A stretch of 64,000 nt of DNA from Chiloscyllium plagiosum (lineage: Eukaryota): assembly GCF_004010195.1 (NCBI RefSeq), contig NC_057749.1, positions 23,105,246 through 23,169,245 on the forward strand, written 5' to 3'. Both the position numbers and the translations under genes were made by a program. Below, one piece after another: positions 1 to 11,883 of the stretch. The notes under the pieces were generated by a model. It ran no database searches. It was not told the origin of the DNA and saw nothing but the letters and a program-made list of their open reading frames with translations. Positions within the stretch are counted from its first letter, which is position 1. Every line of letters starts with the position of its first letter.

Positions 1-159
1 CCTCTGTTTCCCCCCCCCTCACCTTCCCCTATACACCCAGCCCAGCCCAGCCCCCCTCCCCAATGATCCAGAACCTGTATACTCCGCCCTACAGAACTCC
101 CCCCTCCCCCCCATGCTGCAGGAGCTGGGTTGGTGGGGAGGCTAGGATTCCCTCCTGTC

Positions 160-480
160 CCTCCCTCAATGCGGGGACCACCCCCCACTTCCCCCGGGGG
201 TGGCTGGGGGAGGGGGCTCGGTTACCTCGGTTGGTGCTGGAGCAGCTGTGGCGGCGGGCGGGCGCTCCGTGCTCACCGCCGCCGCCTCTCGGAACGCTGT
301 GTCCGCCTCTGGAGCCGGCCGACTCGGGGCTGGCGGCGGCGGCTGTGGCTGGTGCTGGTGCTGGCTGGACGGTCTCCATGTTGTAGTTTTATTGGGTGTG
401 CGGTTTGCAGGTCGCTGCTGAGGCGCGGTGATAAAGCCTGGGAGTCACCGGGAGATGTTGGTGGGGGGGGGAGGGAAGGA
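160..480. promoter_or_regulatory. CpG-rich island covering the exon and its proximal promoter/5' UTR
   Basis: Dense CG dinucleotides and high GC against a CpG-depleted background; G/C runs flank it, with (CCCAG)n near 36-52. Confidence 0.65.
226..379 (-). CDS. RORA: First coding exon of RAR-related orphan receptor alpha (ROR-alpha1-type N-terminus); intron 1 runs off the window start
   Basis: ATG at 379-377 in strong Kozak context (ACAACATGG); 154 nt encoding METVQPAPAPATAAAASPESAGSRGGHSVPRGGGGEHGAPARRHSCSSTNR(G), ending at phase-1 donor GAG|GTAACC at 226/225. Resembles the mammalian RORalpha1 N-terminus as recalled (MESAPAAP...AAAGSR...EPPAPVRRQSYSSTSRG), which also ends in phase 1. No database search run. 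Confidence 0.8.
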
Positions 481-1697
481 CAGGACACAGGAGGGGAGTG
501 GGTGGACTGGAGTCTCCCAATCTTCTCCCAGCCTGACTATATACAGCAGGGAGAGAGGGGGACTGACAGGTAGGAGCAGGCAGAGGGAACAGTGGTTACA
601 GAAACAGACTGAGAGCACTCAGCAAAGCATTACATAGGCACCAGGAACACGTCATCTCGACTCACTGGGTGAAAGGCACGCAATACAAAATCTGCTCCAT
701 TTAAAACAAAATCATCCCGCAGACTCTAACCTCCCCTCCAAGTAGCAGAGAGAAAATGAAACCAAAGGGGCATTTCATAACAATATTTTTAAAAATGCAA
801 TTACTTCCACAACGTGTGTCAGGGTCTGTTCCCTCTTGGAGTTAAACTATTTCCTTAACATTATAGTTCATTTTATCAGTTTGAGACAAGGCTTCATCTT
901 GCCAACCTTCTAATCACACCGACCCCTCCTCTTTTTTTTGAAAACAAAGCTTTCCCCTTCTCGAATACAAACACACAAACTCTGTGTGGTTAGGGGAGGT
1001 GGGAAACTGAGCTCAGGTTTCCACTTAAGGCTTCTTTCTTCCAGTTGTCAGTCCCACTCTCTCTCTCTCTCTCTCAGTTCAGCGACCCAGCCTCAGGAAC
1101 TCTCTCAAAGTGGTACTCTCAGTTCAAATTCAGCTCAGACTTGCGCCTGCTTAAGCCTGGACCTGTGATCTGCGCTAAAGCCTCTGCAGGGATTGAAAAT
1201 GAAGCGGTATTCTCTCTCATACACGATAGGAATAATTATCAAGAAACATCTGTTGAAATATTGCTTGTACCAGCGGTAACATTGCTGGCCGTTCTTCTGG
1301 GATAGTTGCACCTGGGTGTGCGATTCTGAGCGACTTTCAGAACATAGAGCGAACCCCAAGTCAAAATAACGCAAAGCTGCTGGCGAGCTTTAATGCATTT
1401 TTAAAAACAAAAATAAAGTTGTGTTTATTAAAGGGGCCGAGTCGCCCGGACACTTTCCTGAAGTCTCCCCAGCCTTCTCTGCTTTTTTTTGGATATATGC
1501 AAAGTAGGAAGGTGGAAGACTAAAGCAAGACAGGTAGCGTTGTTCTGCCAGCCTCTCGCTTGTCTACTTTGTATTCGGGCATCTGCAGGGTTTTTTATTT
1601 TGGCCTGGTTTGGACATATGCAGTGTTGGTTCCTGAGCTGGAATGGAATGGGAAACAGTGTCACCCCACCAATAGCTGTGGAACACCTGAGACTTAC

Positions 1698-1718
1698 CTG
1701 TCTCAGGTGCGTGACATT
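1698..1718 (-). other. Candidate 21-nt microexon
   Basis: Minus strand: pyrimidine tract ...TTTTCCAG|AATGTCACGCACCTGAGACAG|GTAAGT with consensus donor; length divisible by 3. Confidence 0.3.
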
Positions 1719-2172
1719 CTGGAAAAGTCGTTTTAAATAGAAAATACACAGAGAGGAAAGAAATCCTCATGAATACATAATGTGAAAGCCTGAATTGAAA
1801 TTACTTGATTAAATGTATAAATGTCAATTGACTTAATTTTCAAGTAATACAAAGGATATATATACACACACACATACCTTATGATAATAATCCCAATTAG
1901 TTCATCACTCGCCGTCCTTTGGTCAGACAGATTTCTACCAAATGCAACAACTTTACAGGATCTCAGGATGAAGATTTATGTCTCACTTTTAGCTGCTTGT
2001 AAAACAATGGGACTCTCCACACAAAATGCCAAGTCTTGAAAGCAAGATACAGCAGGACTGTGTCAAACACAGAGAACGTGCTGCACAACTGTATAATGCT
2101 GGAGAAACTCAATGGGTCAGGCAGCAGCTGTGGAGAGAGAATCCAGTATGACTCTTCTTTGGAACCTGCAGT

Positions 2173-2642
2173 TCATAGAATCCTTACAGCATGGAAGTAG
2201 GCCATTTGGCCCATCAAGGCCACACCGACCCTCCAAAGAACATCGCATCCAAACCTGCCACCCTACTCTATCCCTGCATTCCCCATGGCTAATCCACTTA
2301 GCCTGCACATCCCTGGACACAATGGGCAATTTCCTATAGCTAATCCATCCTAGCCTGCACATTCCTGGACACTATAGGTGATTTCCTAAGACCAATCCAC
2401 CTAGCCTGCACATCTCTGGACACTATTGGTGATTTCCTCTAGCCAATCCACCCTAGCCTGCACATCCCTGGACACTCTGGGTGATTTCCTTTGGCCAATG
2501 CACCCTTGCCTCACATCTTTGTGAGAGGAAACCCACACAGATATAAGGGGAATATCCACACAGTTGCCCAAGGGTTGAACTGAACACTAGTCCCTGGCAC
2601 TATGAGGCAGCAATGCTAACCACTGAGCCACCGTGCTGCCCC
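2173..2642 (-). mobile_element. HE1-like tRNA-derived SINE with internal ~51-bp tandem expansion
   Basis: Reverse-complement head GGCAGCACGGTGGCTCAGTGGTTAGC; repeated CCAATCCACCTAGCCTGCACATCCCTGGACAC unit; CR1-like tail. Confidence 0.85.
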
Positions 2643-3395
2643 ATAATAGCACCAAAATGTTAACTCTGTTTCTCTCTCAGCAGATGGTGCCAGACCTGCT
2701 GGAGTTCCTCCAGTATTCTCAGTAACAATTGAATTTGATCCCTTGCATGAATCATTTTAAAATAGTTTACCATCTTTCAGCACTAAAACTGAGTGCATGA
2801 ATTATTGTAAATTCTCATCAGATGTACTTTAATATTATCATCATTGAAATCGATGAAATTTTCATACTGACAATTTAACAATAGGCACAATTACAGTTGG
2901 TAAAGCTTCCCCTATCATTTATTCAATGTTTCTGGTCCATTTGGAATGGATTTGATGATTTTTTTAAAAACTCCAATTAATTAATTTAAATTTTTCTGGC
3001 ATGTCATCTTGCAACAAACGTTTATGAGGCAGAGTTTGATTGGAAGGTTCTAACTAAAGTCTCAGAAATAAGATTCTTGCTTTTAAACTTCTCATCCTTG
3101 TTTCCAAATCTCCCAATGTTCTGGTACCTCGCTGTCTCTGAAACCTCTTCTAGCCCTACAATCCTCTGAGATTTCTGCTCCTTTATTAGATATAGGAGTG
3201 TTAGCCCATCAACTATGCTCCACTATTTATGGGACCAATGCTGATCTGACAATCCTTAACTCCACTGTCCTGCCTTTACACCATAATCCTCGATTCGCTT
3301 ACTGATGAAAAATCTATCTTAATTTTGAATATACTTAACACTACCCTGACAGACCCCAGCTATAAAGAATTCCACAGATTAGCTATTCTTCTCTG

Positions 3396-3670
3396 GGCAG
3401 CACGGTGGCACAGTGGTTAGCACTACTGCCTCACAGTGCCAGAGATCCAGGTTCAATTCCTGCCTCAGGTGACTGTCTGTGTGGAGTTTGCACATTCTCC
3501 CTGTTTCTGTGTGGGTTTCCTCCCACAGTCCAAAAATGTGCAGGTTGGGTGAATTAGCCATGTTAAATTGCCCGTAGTGTTAGGGGCAGGGGTAAATGTA
3601 GGGGGGTGGGTTGTGGGTCGGTGTGGACTTGTTGGGCTGAAGGGCCTGTTTCCACACTATAAGTAATCTA
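3396..3670 (+). mobile_element. HE1-like SINE
   Basis: Pol III A box TGGCACAGTGG and B box GGTTCAATTCC, conserved body, TAATC tail. Confidence 0.9.
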
Positions 3671-3789
3671 ATTATATCTATTTTTCCTGTACCCTGTGAT
3701 GATGCTGTCTGTTTCTAGCCTCTCCCACAAGGGGAAACAATCTCTTCAAAACCGTCCTGGGGGAGCTTCCCTGAGAAACTTAGACTCAT

Positions 3790-4290
3790 CGAGTCATAGA
3801 GAGATACAGCACGGAAGCAGACCCTTCGGTCCAACTCAGCTAAGACAATCAGATATCTGAAATTAATCTTGTCCCATTTGCCAGCACTTGGCACCATCCT
3901 TCTAAACCCTTCCTATTCATATATCTATCCAGGTGCCTTTTAAATGTTGCAATTGTACCAGCCTCCACCACTTCCTCTGGCAGCTCATTCCATACACGCA
4001 CCACCCTCTGTGTGAAAAAGTTGCCTTTTAGGTCCCTTTTACATCTTTCCCCTCTCATCTTAAACCTATGTCCTCTAGTTTTGGACTCCTCTCACTGAGG
4101 AAAAGACCTTAACTGTTCACTCTATCCAAACCCCTCATGATTTTATAAACCTCTATAAGGTCACCCCTCAGCCTCCAACGCTCCAGGAAAAACAGCCCCA
4201 TCCTGTCACTATAGATCAAACCCTCCAACTCTGGCAACATCTTTTCTGAACCCTTTCAATATTCTTCCAACAGGAGGGAGACCAGAATTC
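3790..4290 (-). mobile_element. CR1 (HER1-like) LINE 3' fragment
   Basis: ORF 3849-4058: FFTQRVVRVWNELPEEVVEAGTIATFKRHLD, the CR1 ORF2 C-terminus; CTATGACT-type tail. Confidence 0.9.
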
Positions 4291-4705
4291 TATGTATTAA
4301 TAATATCACCTCTCATTATTCACAACTCCAATGAGTTTAAGCCCAACATACTGAACATCCCCTCATAAGGAAATCCCTCCATACCTCGGATCAACCTTAT
4401 GAACCTTCATTGGACTTCCTCCAAAGCTTGTAATTTTTCAACTTGCCTTATGTGTGTTTTAAATATTCCACCTAGAGAACATGGTGTCTCCACCTATTGG
4501 AACCACAAGCAATTACCTCTGTAAGTCCTTCCACGAACCTTTTCACCTCCTTCCCTTCCTTTACAATGCTCTTTGAAGCCAAACTCTTAGTTCGTTGATC
4601 ATTAACTTCTCCTTGTGTGGATCAGTGTCAAATTTCATTTCATAATTTCAAGCAAAGTTATTTGGGGTGTTTTATGAACATGAAGAAAGTATAGAATTGT
4701 AGGGG

Positions 4706-5008
4706 GTGGCACAGTGGTTCAATGGTTAGCATTGCTGCCTCACGGCACCAGGGTTGTGGCTTTGATCCCACAGTTGTGTGAAGTTTGCATTTTCAGCATG
4801 GGTTTCCTCCGGGTGCTCCAGTTTCTTCCTACAATCCCAAGATGTGCAGGCTAGGTGGATTGGCCATGCAAAATTACCCATAGTATCCATGGGAAATAGA
4901 GGGTTATAGGGTATGGGGGGGTGGGTCTGGGTGGGATGCTCTTTGGAGGGTTGGTGAGGACTCGTTTGGCCAAATACCCTGCTTCCACACTGTAGGATTC
5001 CATGATTC
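4706..5008 (+). mobile_element. HE1-like SINE
   Basis: tRNA-like head GGTGGCACAGTGGTT and same body/tail as other copies. Confidence 0.85.
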
Positions 5009-5315
5009 CATGGAAATGCTTGTTACTGCAATTGAACCACTTATAATGGAAGAAAAATGATGGTGATTTCTCATTACTTTGCTCATGACTTTTATCACTG
5101 AAGCATCTTCTCCAAGGCTGCAACATTGTTTCAAGAGCTCCACACACAATTTATGATGGGGAGTGCCCGTTCTAGACATCAACTAATATTAAACTCTGGT
5201 ACTATCTTATGAGATGGCAAGAGCTGTGGGTGAATGAACATTGGATATCATGGTAATATTGTTTTACGGGCCGAAATAAGAAGGGTGAAATTTAAGTTGA
5301 AATTCAGTTAGAATG

Positions 5316-6810
5316 GCATTTTGGTCAGCCAATCAGGGCAGGACTTATAAATTTAATGGTAGGGTCCTGAGGAGTGTTGCCGAACAGAGAGATCTTAGGG
5401 TGCAGGTTCATAGTTCCTTGAAAATGAAGTCACAGATAGGCAGTGTAGTGTAAAAGGCATTTGGTACGCTTGCCTTCATTAGTCAGTGCACTGAGTATAG
5501 GAGTTGGGATGTCATGCTAGGCCACTTTTGGAATACTGCATTCAGTTCTGGTCTCCCAGCTATAGGAAAAATGTTGTTAAACTTGAAAGGATTCAGAAAA
5601 GACTTACAAGATTTGTTGGGGTTGAAACACTTGAGGTATAGGGAGAGGCTGAATAATCTGGGCCTATTTTCCCAGGAGTGTTGGATGCTGACCTTGTAAA
5701 GGATCATAAAATCATGAGAGGCATTGATAGGGCGAATAGCCAAAGTTTTTCACCCAGAGTAGGAAAGCCCTAAACTACAAGGCCTAAGCTTAGGGTGAGA
5801 GGGGAAAGATTTTAAAGGGACCTAAGGTGCAACTTCTTCACACAGAGCGTGGTGCGTGTATGGAATGAGATGCCAGAAAAAGTGGTGGAGACTGGTACAA
5901 TTACAACATTTAACAGGCATCTGGATGGGTATATGAGTAGGAAGGGTGTAGAGGGATATGGGCCAAATGCTGGCAAATGGGACTAGTTTAATTTAGGATA
6001 TCTGGTCCTTCAGAGGAAGTAACAGGAATACAGATTACTGGGCTAATGGTCAAATTCTTGGCACTGTAGATGAACAGAAAGATCTTGGTGTCCTGGTGCA
6101 TGAGTCCCTGCAAGTTGCCACCCAGGTTGATAGGGTTGCTAAGAAGGCATATGATGTGTTGGCATTTATTGATTAGGGGGATTAAGTTTCAGAGCCACGT
6201 GGTCATGCTTCAGCTGTACAAGACACTGGTAAGGCCGCACCTGGAGTATGCAGTTCTGGTCACTGCATTACAGGAAGGATGTGGGACCTTTGGAAAGGGT
6301 TCAGAAAAGATTTACTAGGATGTGGCCTGGTATGGAAAGAAGATCTTACAAGGAAAGGCTGTAGAAACTGAGGCTGTTTTCATTGGATAGAAAATGGTTG
6401 GGAGGTGACTTAATTGAGATGTATAAGATAATCAGAGAGTTAGATAGGGTGGACAGTGAGAGCCTTTTTCTTCGGATGGTGAAGGCTAACACAAGGGGAC
6501 ATAGCTTTAAATTAAGAGATGATAGATTTAGGACACATATCAGAGGTAGTTTCTTGATTCAGAGAGTAAGAGGGGTGTGGAACGGCTTGCCTGCAACAGT
6601 AGTAGATTCGCCGATGTTTAAAGGGCATTGGACATATATATGGATAATAATGGAATGGTGTAAGTTAGATGGGCATCAGATTAATTTCACAGCTTGGTGC
6701 AACATCAAGGGCTGAAGGGCCTGTACTGCACTGTAACGTTATATGTTCCATGGTCGGCATGGATGAGTTGGACCGAAGAGTCTGTTTCCGTGCTGTACAC
6801 CTCTATGACC
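5316..6810 (+). mobile_element. CR1 3' fragment with a second CR1 subfamily copy nested in its tail (6008-6750)
   Basis: Two consecutive ORF2 C-terminal remnants (LVRPHLEY, WN.LP); TGGTC duplicated at 6003-6007 and 6751-6755, and the host tail resumes after 6751. Confidence 0.85.
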
Positions 6811-6940
6811 TATCTTTTGTTCTTACTTCCCCTGTTATCAGCCCCTTTTATTCTTGTGCCAGCAACCCTTTTATCATCCCAGCTGAATTTCAACTTAAGT
6901 TCCACCCTTCATATTTTGGCCCGTTAAAAAATATTACTGT

Positions 6941-7172
6941 AGTAAGGAGAAAGTGAGGACTGCAGATGCTGATCAGAGTCGAGAATGGCTGCTGGAAAAC
7001 CACATCAGGTCAGGCAGCATCTGAGGAGCAGGAGAATCAATGTTTCGGGCATAAGCCCAAAGGGCTACAGCATCCCACTCTCGACAATATTACTGCGATA
7101 TCCCGAAAAGTCAATTGTCCTCCTCCTTGGATGCAGCCTGACTTGCTGTGCTTTTCGAGCACCACACTCTCG
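6941..7172. mobile_element. Penelope-derived short insert(s) with inverted arms
   Basis: GGAAAGTGAGGACTGCAGATGCTG family end plus inverted partial copy; AATATTACTG present at ~6930 and ~7087. Confidence 0.7.
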
Positions 7173-7419
7173 GCAATGTTCCTTAACCCATAGCTCTTGC
7201 CATCTCAGAAGATAGTATCAAAGAACAATACTTGTTGATGTCTGGAAAGGTCACTCTCCATCATAAATTGTGTGTGGGGCTCTTTAACCTATGTTGCAGC
7301 CAACCTTGGAGAAGATACTTCAGTGATAACAGTGTCAGCTCAGAGAATGGCTGAAATGTTAATTAGAAGGTAGCAGTTTGAATATGAGAATGTTAAAACA
7401 GCAAGCGTTTCTCCATGAA

Positions 7420-9485
7420 GCAGGATAAAAGTAAGAGTGTTAGTCTTCCGAAGAGAGAGAGTGGTGTATTAACAATAGATAATCAGGAAATGAAATGACA
7501 GATGAAATGAATAAATATCTTACTTCTGCGTTCACTATAGATGATATAAAAACATTCCAGTAATAGCTGTAGATCAGAGGGGGAGGGTGGGGAGGTTGCT
7601 GGTGAAGTGAGGAACTTGGTGAAGATACAATTATGAGGGAAGTGATACTAAGACAGTTGATGGTGCTGCAAGCTAACAAGTCACCTATCCTAATGGACAT
7701 CATCCTGTGATCTTAAAAGAGGTGGCTAAATGAGTTAGTAGATGCGTTGGTGTTAATTTTACAAAATATCCTTGATTCAAGGAAGGTTTATCAGACTGGA
7801 ACATACCAAGTTTAAATCCCTCTATCTGAAAGGCAGGAAAAAAACATAGGCCAGATAACTTGATGTCTGACTGGAGAAAGTGTTGAGAAGCAATCATTAA
7901 AGAAATTATAGCAGCAGAATTAGAAAACTTCAAGGTAATCAGGACAAGACAGCATGGAAATAGATCCTTTACTCCAACTTGTCCATGCTGAACAGATGTT
8001 CGAAATAAATCTAGACCCATTTGCCAGCATTTGGTGCGTATCCCTCTAAACTTTTTCCCTTCATGTTTTGTAAAAGAGAAATCATGTTTAATCAACTTAT
8101 TGGAGTTCTTTGACAGAGTACCACACACTTTGGATAAAGGGGAATATGTAGACATACTGTACTTGGATTTTCAGAAAACATTTGATAAGAAAATAGAAAC
8201 TCATGGTATAGATTGTAAAATATTAGCATAGATATCTACTTGGCTGGCTGTCAGTAAACAGGGAGTGTGCAGTATTGGATCGTCATATAGATTGACCACA
8301 CAAGATAACTGGAGTTAAAGAGGGGTCTGTGCTAGGATCTGAACCTTTTACAATTTACATCAATAATCTAGATGAAGGGAGTGAAGGAATGGTAGTTAAA
8401 TTAACAGACCATGCCAAGATAGTTAGGAAAATATGTTGTGAAGAAAAAATATAGATGGGTTGAGTAAGTGGACAAAAACTTGATAGGTGATTCACTTTAC
8501 AGGAACAATAAAAATGCAGAGTATTGTATAATTGAGGAACAACTGTGGAATTCTGAAGTGTAGAAGTATCCATGTGTTCTAGTGCAGATGTCACATAGTG
8601 CAGGTTTAGTATGTAATCAAGAAGGCTAATGGGATGTTATCCTTTATTATGAGAGGAATTAAACTTATAAGTAAGGATGTTATACTTTAGTTATACAGCG
8701 CATTGGTGAGATGACATTTGAAGACTGTGTGTAGTTTTGATCATCATATTTAAGGTAGGATGTAAACACTTTGGTTCTGAGGGAGGGCACTCAATCCGAA
8801 ACATTAACTCTGATTTCTCTCCATAGATGCTGCCAGACCTGCTGAGCTTTTCCAGCAATTTCTGTTTCTGCAAACGCATTGGAGCCGGTTCAGAACAGGT
8901 TTACGAGATCGATACCTGGAATGAGTAGGTTGTCTTATGAGGAAAGATTGGTCACACTGGGCTTACTTATACTGGAAGAAAGTGAGGACTGCAGATGCTG
9001 GAGATCAGAGCTGAAAAATGTGTTGCTGGAAAAGCGCAGCAGGTCAGGCAGCATACAAGGAGCTGGAGAATCGACGTTTCAGGCTTATTACTTATACTGG
9101 AGTTTAGAAGAGTGAGGGACGACTTGATTGAAGTGTACAGGATCCTGAATGATCTTGGCAAAGTGGATGTGGAAATAATGTTTCCTCATGTGGTTAAGTC
9201 CAGACCTAGGGGGCACTATTTTCAAATTTGAGGTCACCTATTTAGAGCAGAGATGAGGAGAATCTTTTTCTCCCTCAGAAGGTTGAGTGACTGTCTGTCT
9301 CAGAGATAGGATCATTAAATATATTTAAGACAGAAATGAATGGATTCCTGGTAGGGCCCAAGCATATTAAAATTATCAGTGCAGATGGGAATATGGAGGT
9401 TGAAATAAAAATGGATCAGCAACGATCTCATTGAATGACAGAGAAGGTTAAAGGAGTTCACCTCTGCTCTAACTTTGTATCTTAA
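7420..9485 (+). mobile_element. Old degenerate CR1 ORF2 fragment with nested inserts
   Basis: KSCLINLLEFFD...VDILYLDFQKTFDK, YINNLD and QNRFTRSIPGMSRLSYEERL motifs with stops and frameshifts. Confidence 0.8.
8977..9087 (-). mobile_element. Penelope-derived short insert with 14-bp target-site duplication
   Basis: TTACTTATACTGGA at 8963-8976 and 9088-9101 flanks the AGAAAGTGAGGACTGCAGATG family sequence. Confidence 0.8.
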
Positions 9486-9527
9486 TGGCTATAGCTTAGT
9501 GGGTATGATTCTTGCATTTGAGTAACA

Positions 9528-9820
9528 ATAGAGTCATAGAGATGTACAGCACGGAAACAGACCCTTCGGTCCAACTTGCCCATGCTGACCAGTTATCCCA
9601 ACCCAATGTAGTCCCACCTGCCAGAACCTGGCCCATATCCCTCCAAACCTTTCCTATTCATATACCCATCCAGATGCCTTTTAAATGTTGTAAGTGTACC
9701 AGCCTCCCCCACTTCCTTTGGCAGCTCATTCCATACACAAGCCACCCTCTGCGTGAAAAAAGATGACCCTGAGGTCTCTTTTATATCTATCCCCTGTCAC
9801 CCGAAACCTCTAGTTCTGGA
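9528..9820 (-). mobile_element. CR1 3' end
   Basis: Same 3' UTR as other CR1 copies (ATAGAGTCATAGAGATGTACAGCACGGAAACAGACC on plus strand). Confidence 0.85.
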
Positions 9821-10675
9821 CGATATTCGTTACCAGCTGAAAGTAAGTCATCATCATATCCTGTACTTTAAACACACATTAATACAGTGTGCGGAAATAA
9901 TGGGGTCTAACAGCCATTGAACTCCCATTTCAATCAGTGTTCAGGGTTTAAGTCTCATTTTGAATGCCAAAATAAGTATTTTATTTGGACATGAAGTGAG
10001 GTGCCACTTCCTTGCTTAGGTGGACATAATAGGTCAGCATGTGTGCTCCCAATTCAGGTGAAAGATGTTGCCATTTAAAACGACCACTGTGATCCATCTG
10101 GACATACGCAGTTCCACTACAGAATTACACCTGTGTATGTACAGCTGTGGCACCCATGACAGAAAACATTGACATAGAATTAACAAAAATAGATATTGCT
10201 GGAAAAGCTCAGCTGGTCTGGCAGCATCTGTGGAAAGAAATCAGAGTTAATGTTTTGGATTGAGTCACCTCTCCTGAGAACACTGTTTCTGATTTACAGC
10301 ATCTATCATTCATTTGGTTTTTATTGACATAACGTTGTTATTTATTTTCAGTTGATGTAGTTAGGAATCAAAAGAAAGTCATTTTAAAACTCTAATTCAT
10401 ATCTCCCAGTCTCTAATTGCTGGGAAAATTAATGCCAGCAATTTGCACACAGTAAATGCTTAAGCCTCCAATTTACATCCTGGGTTCTGAGTCTATGATG
10501 TAGCCCATCAGAAACCAATATCAATATGCAAGATGCATCTTAACTGAAAATTATGAACGTAGCAAAGCTTAAAATATCTGAAGTTACAATTTCTGAACTA
10601 ATATGTTTGACAGGTGGACATGTTCAGCATTCTAGGATCCACCTAGAGTCTCATTAGTCTCAAACACAGTGATAG

Positions 10676-10988
10676 GGGTGGCATGGTAGCTCAGTGGCTA
10701 GCGCTGCTGCCTCACAGGACCTGGGTATGATTCCAGCCTTGACGCTTGCACATTTGCCCCGTGTCTGTGTGGGTTTCCTCCGGGTGGTCCAGTTTCCTTC
10801 CACAATCCAAAGATGTGCAGGTTAGGTGAATTGGCCATGCTAAATTGCCCATAGTATTCAGGGATGTGTAGGTTAGGTGCATTAGTCAGGGGTAAATTTA
10901 GGGGAATGGGCATGGTGGGATACACTTCTGAGGCTCAGTGTGAACTTGGGCCGAAAGGCATATTTTCACACTGTAGGGATTCTATGAT
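10676..10988 (+). mobile_element. HE1-like SINE
   Basis: Head, body and GATTCTATGATT tail. Confidence 0.85.
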
Positions 10989-11247
10989 TCGGCAAGGACT
11001 CTATAAAAGGTCCCATGGCATTGCTTCAGGGAGGACCTGTGGATTTTCCTGATATACAGACCAATATCAGCAGGATAGCTGATGACATTAGCTCTCTTGT
11101 TACCAAGACTGTGGGTGAGTTTCCCCAATTGGCTACAGTTCCAGATGGGAAGCCCCAGGCTGCTGAATCCCCAGGTTCATCTTCCTTATTCAACCAACCC
11201 TTCAGTTGGTTGTCGAATAGTTAACTTAGAAAATAATCCCTTCCCTT

Positions 11248-11883
11248 AGAACATCGAACATAGAACAATACAGCACAGAACAGGCCCTTCGGCCCATGAT
11301 GTTGTGCCGAACATTTGTCCTAGCTTAAGCACCCATCCATGTACCTATCCAATTGCCGCTTAAAGGTCACCAATGTTTCTGACTCTGCCATTCCCACAGG
11401 CAGCGCATTCCATGTCCCCACCACTCTCTGGGTAAAGAACCTACCCCTGACATCCCCCCTATACCTTCCATCCTTAAATTTATGTCCCCTTGTAACACTC
11501 TGTTGTACCCGGGGAAAACGTCTCTGACTGTCTACTCTATCTATTCCTCTGATCATCTTATAAACCTCTATCAAGTCACACCTCATCCTTCGCCGTTCCA
11601 ATGAGAAAAGGCCTAGCACTCTCAATCTTTCCTCGTACGACCTATTCTCCATTCCAGGCAACATCCTGGTAAACTCCAAATGTGGCCTTACCAAGGTCCT
11701 GTACAGCTAGACTAGTGTGTGCAGTTCTGGCCGCCTCATTTTAGGAAAGATGTGGAAGCTTTGGAGAGGGTGCAGAGGAGATTTACCAGGATGTTGCCTG
11801 GAATGGAGAATAGGTCGTACGAGGATAGGTTGAGAGTGCTAGGCCTTTTCTCATTGGAACGGCAAAGGATGAGGGGATGAGAT
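11248..11883 (-). mobile_element. CR1 3' fragment with inverted/duplicated 5' segment
   Basis: ORF 11320-11694 is the CR1 C-terminus; 11782-11874 is the reverse complement of 11581-11673; TTCCCTT on both flanks. Confidence 0.85.

Larger units (their letters stand above)
5090..7330. repeat. Degenerate long inverted repeat (arms ~5090-5313 and ~6878-7330), probably an old foldback/MITE element
   Basis: Reverse complement of 7173-7330 aligns to 5090-5243, and 6878-6940 aligns to 5250-5313; centre and right arm interrupted by later insertions. Confidence 0.7.

Noticed and set aside
89..225. Continuation of the minus-strand ORF past the donor
   Set aside because: Similarity to RORA stops at the GTAACC donor; the rest is intron read-through.
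63..573. Plus-strand ORFs overlapping the CpG island
   Set aside because: By-products of GC-rich, stop-poor sequence antisense to the RORA-like exon; no recognisable protein.
2289..2520. CRISPR-like array
   Set aside because: Contiguous tandem units without unique spacers, inside a SINE in a eukaryotic genome.
3396..3470. tRNA genes at SINE heads (this and ~20 other copies)
   Set aside because: A/B boxes run straight into SINE body and LINE-derived tail; these are SINEs, not tRNA genes.
10025..10036. ROR response element (ATAATAGGTCA)
   Set aside because: Imperfect match to the WAWNTRGGTCA consensus and isolated; expected by chance.
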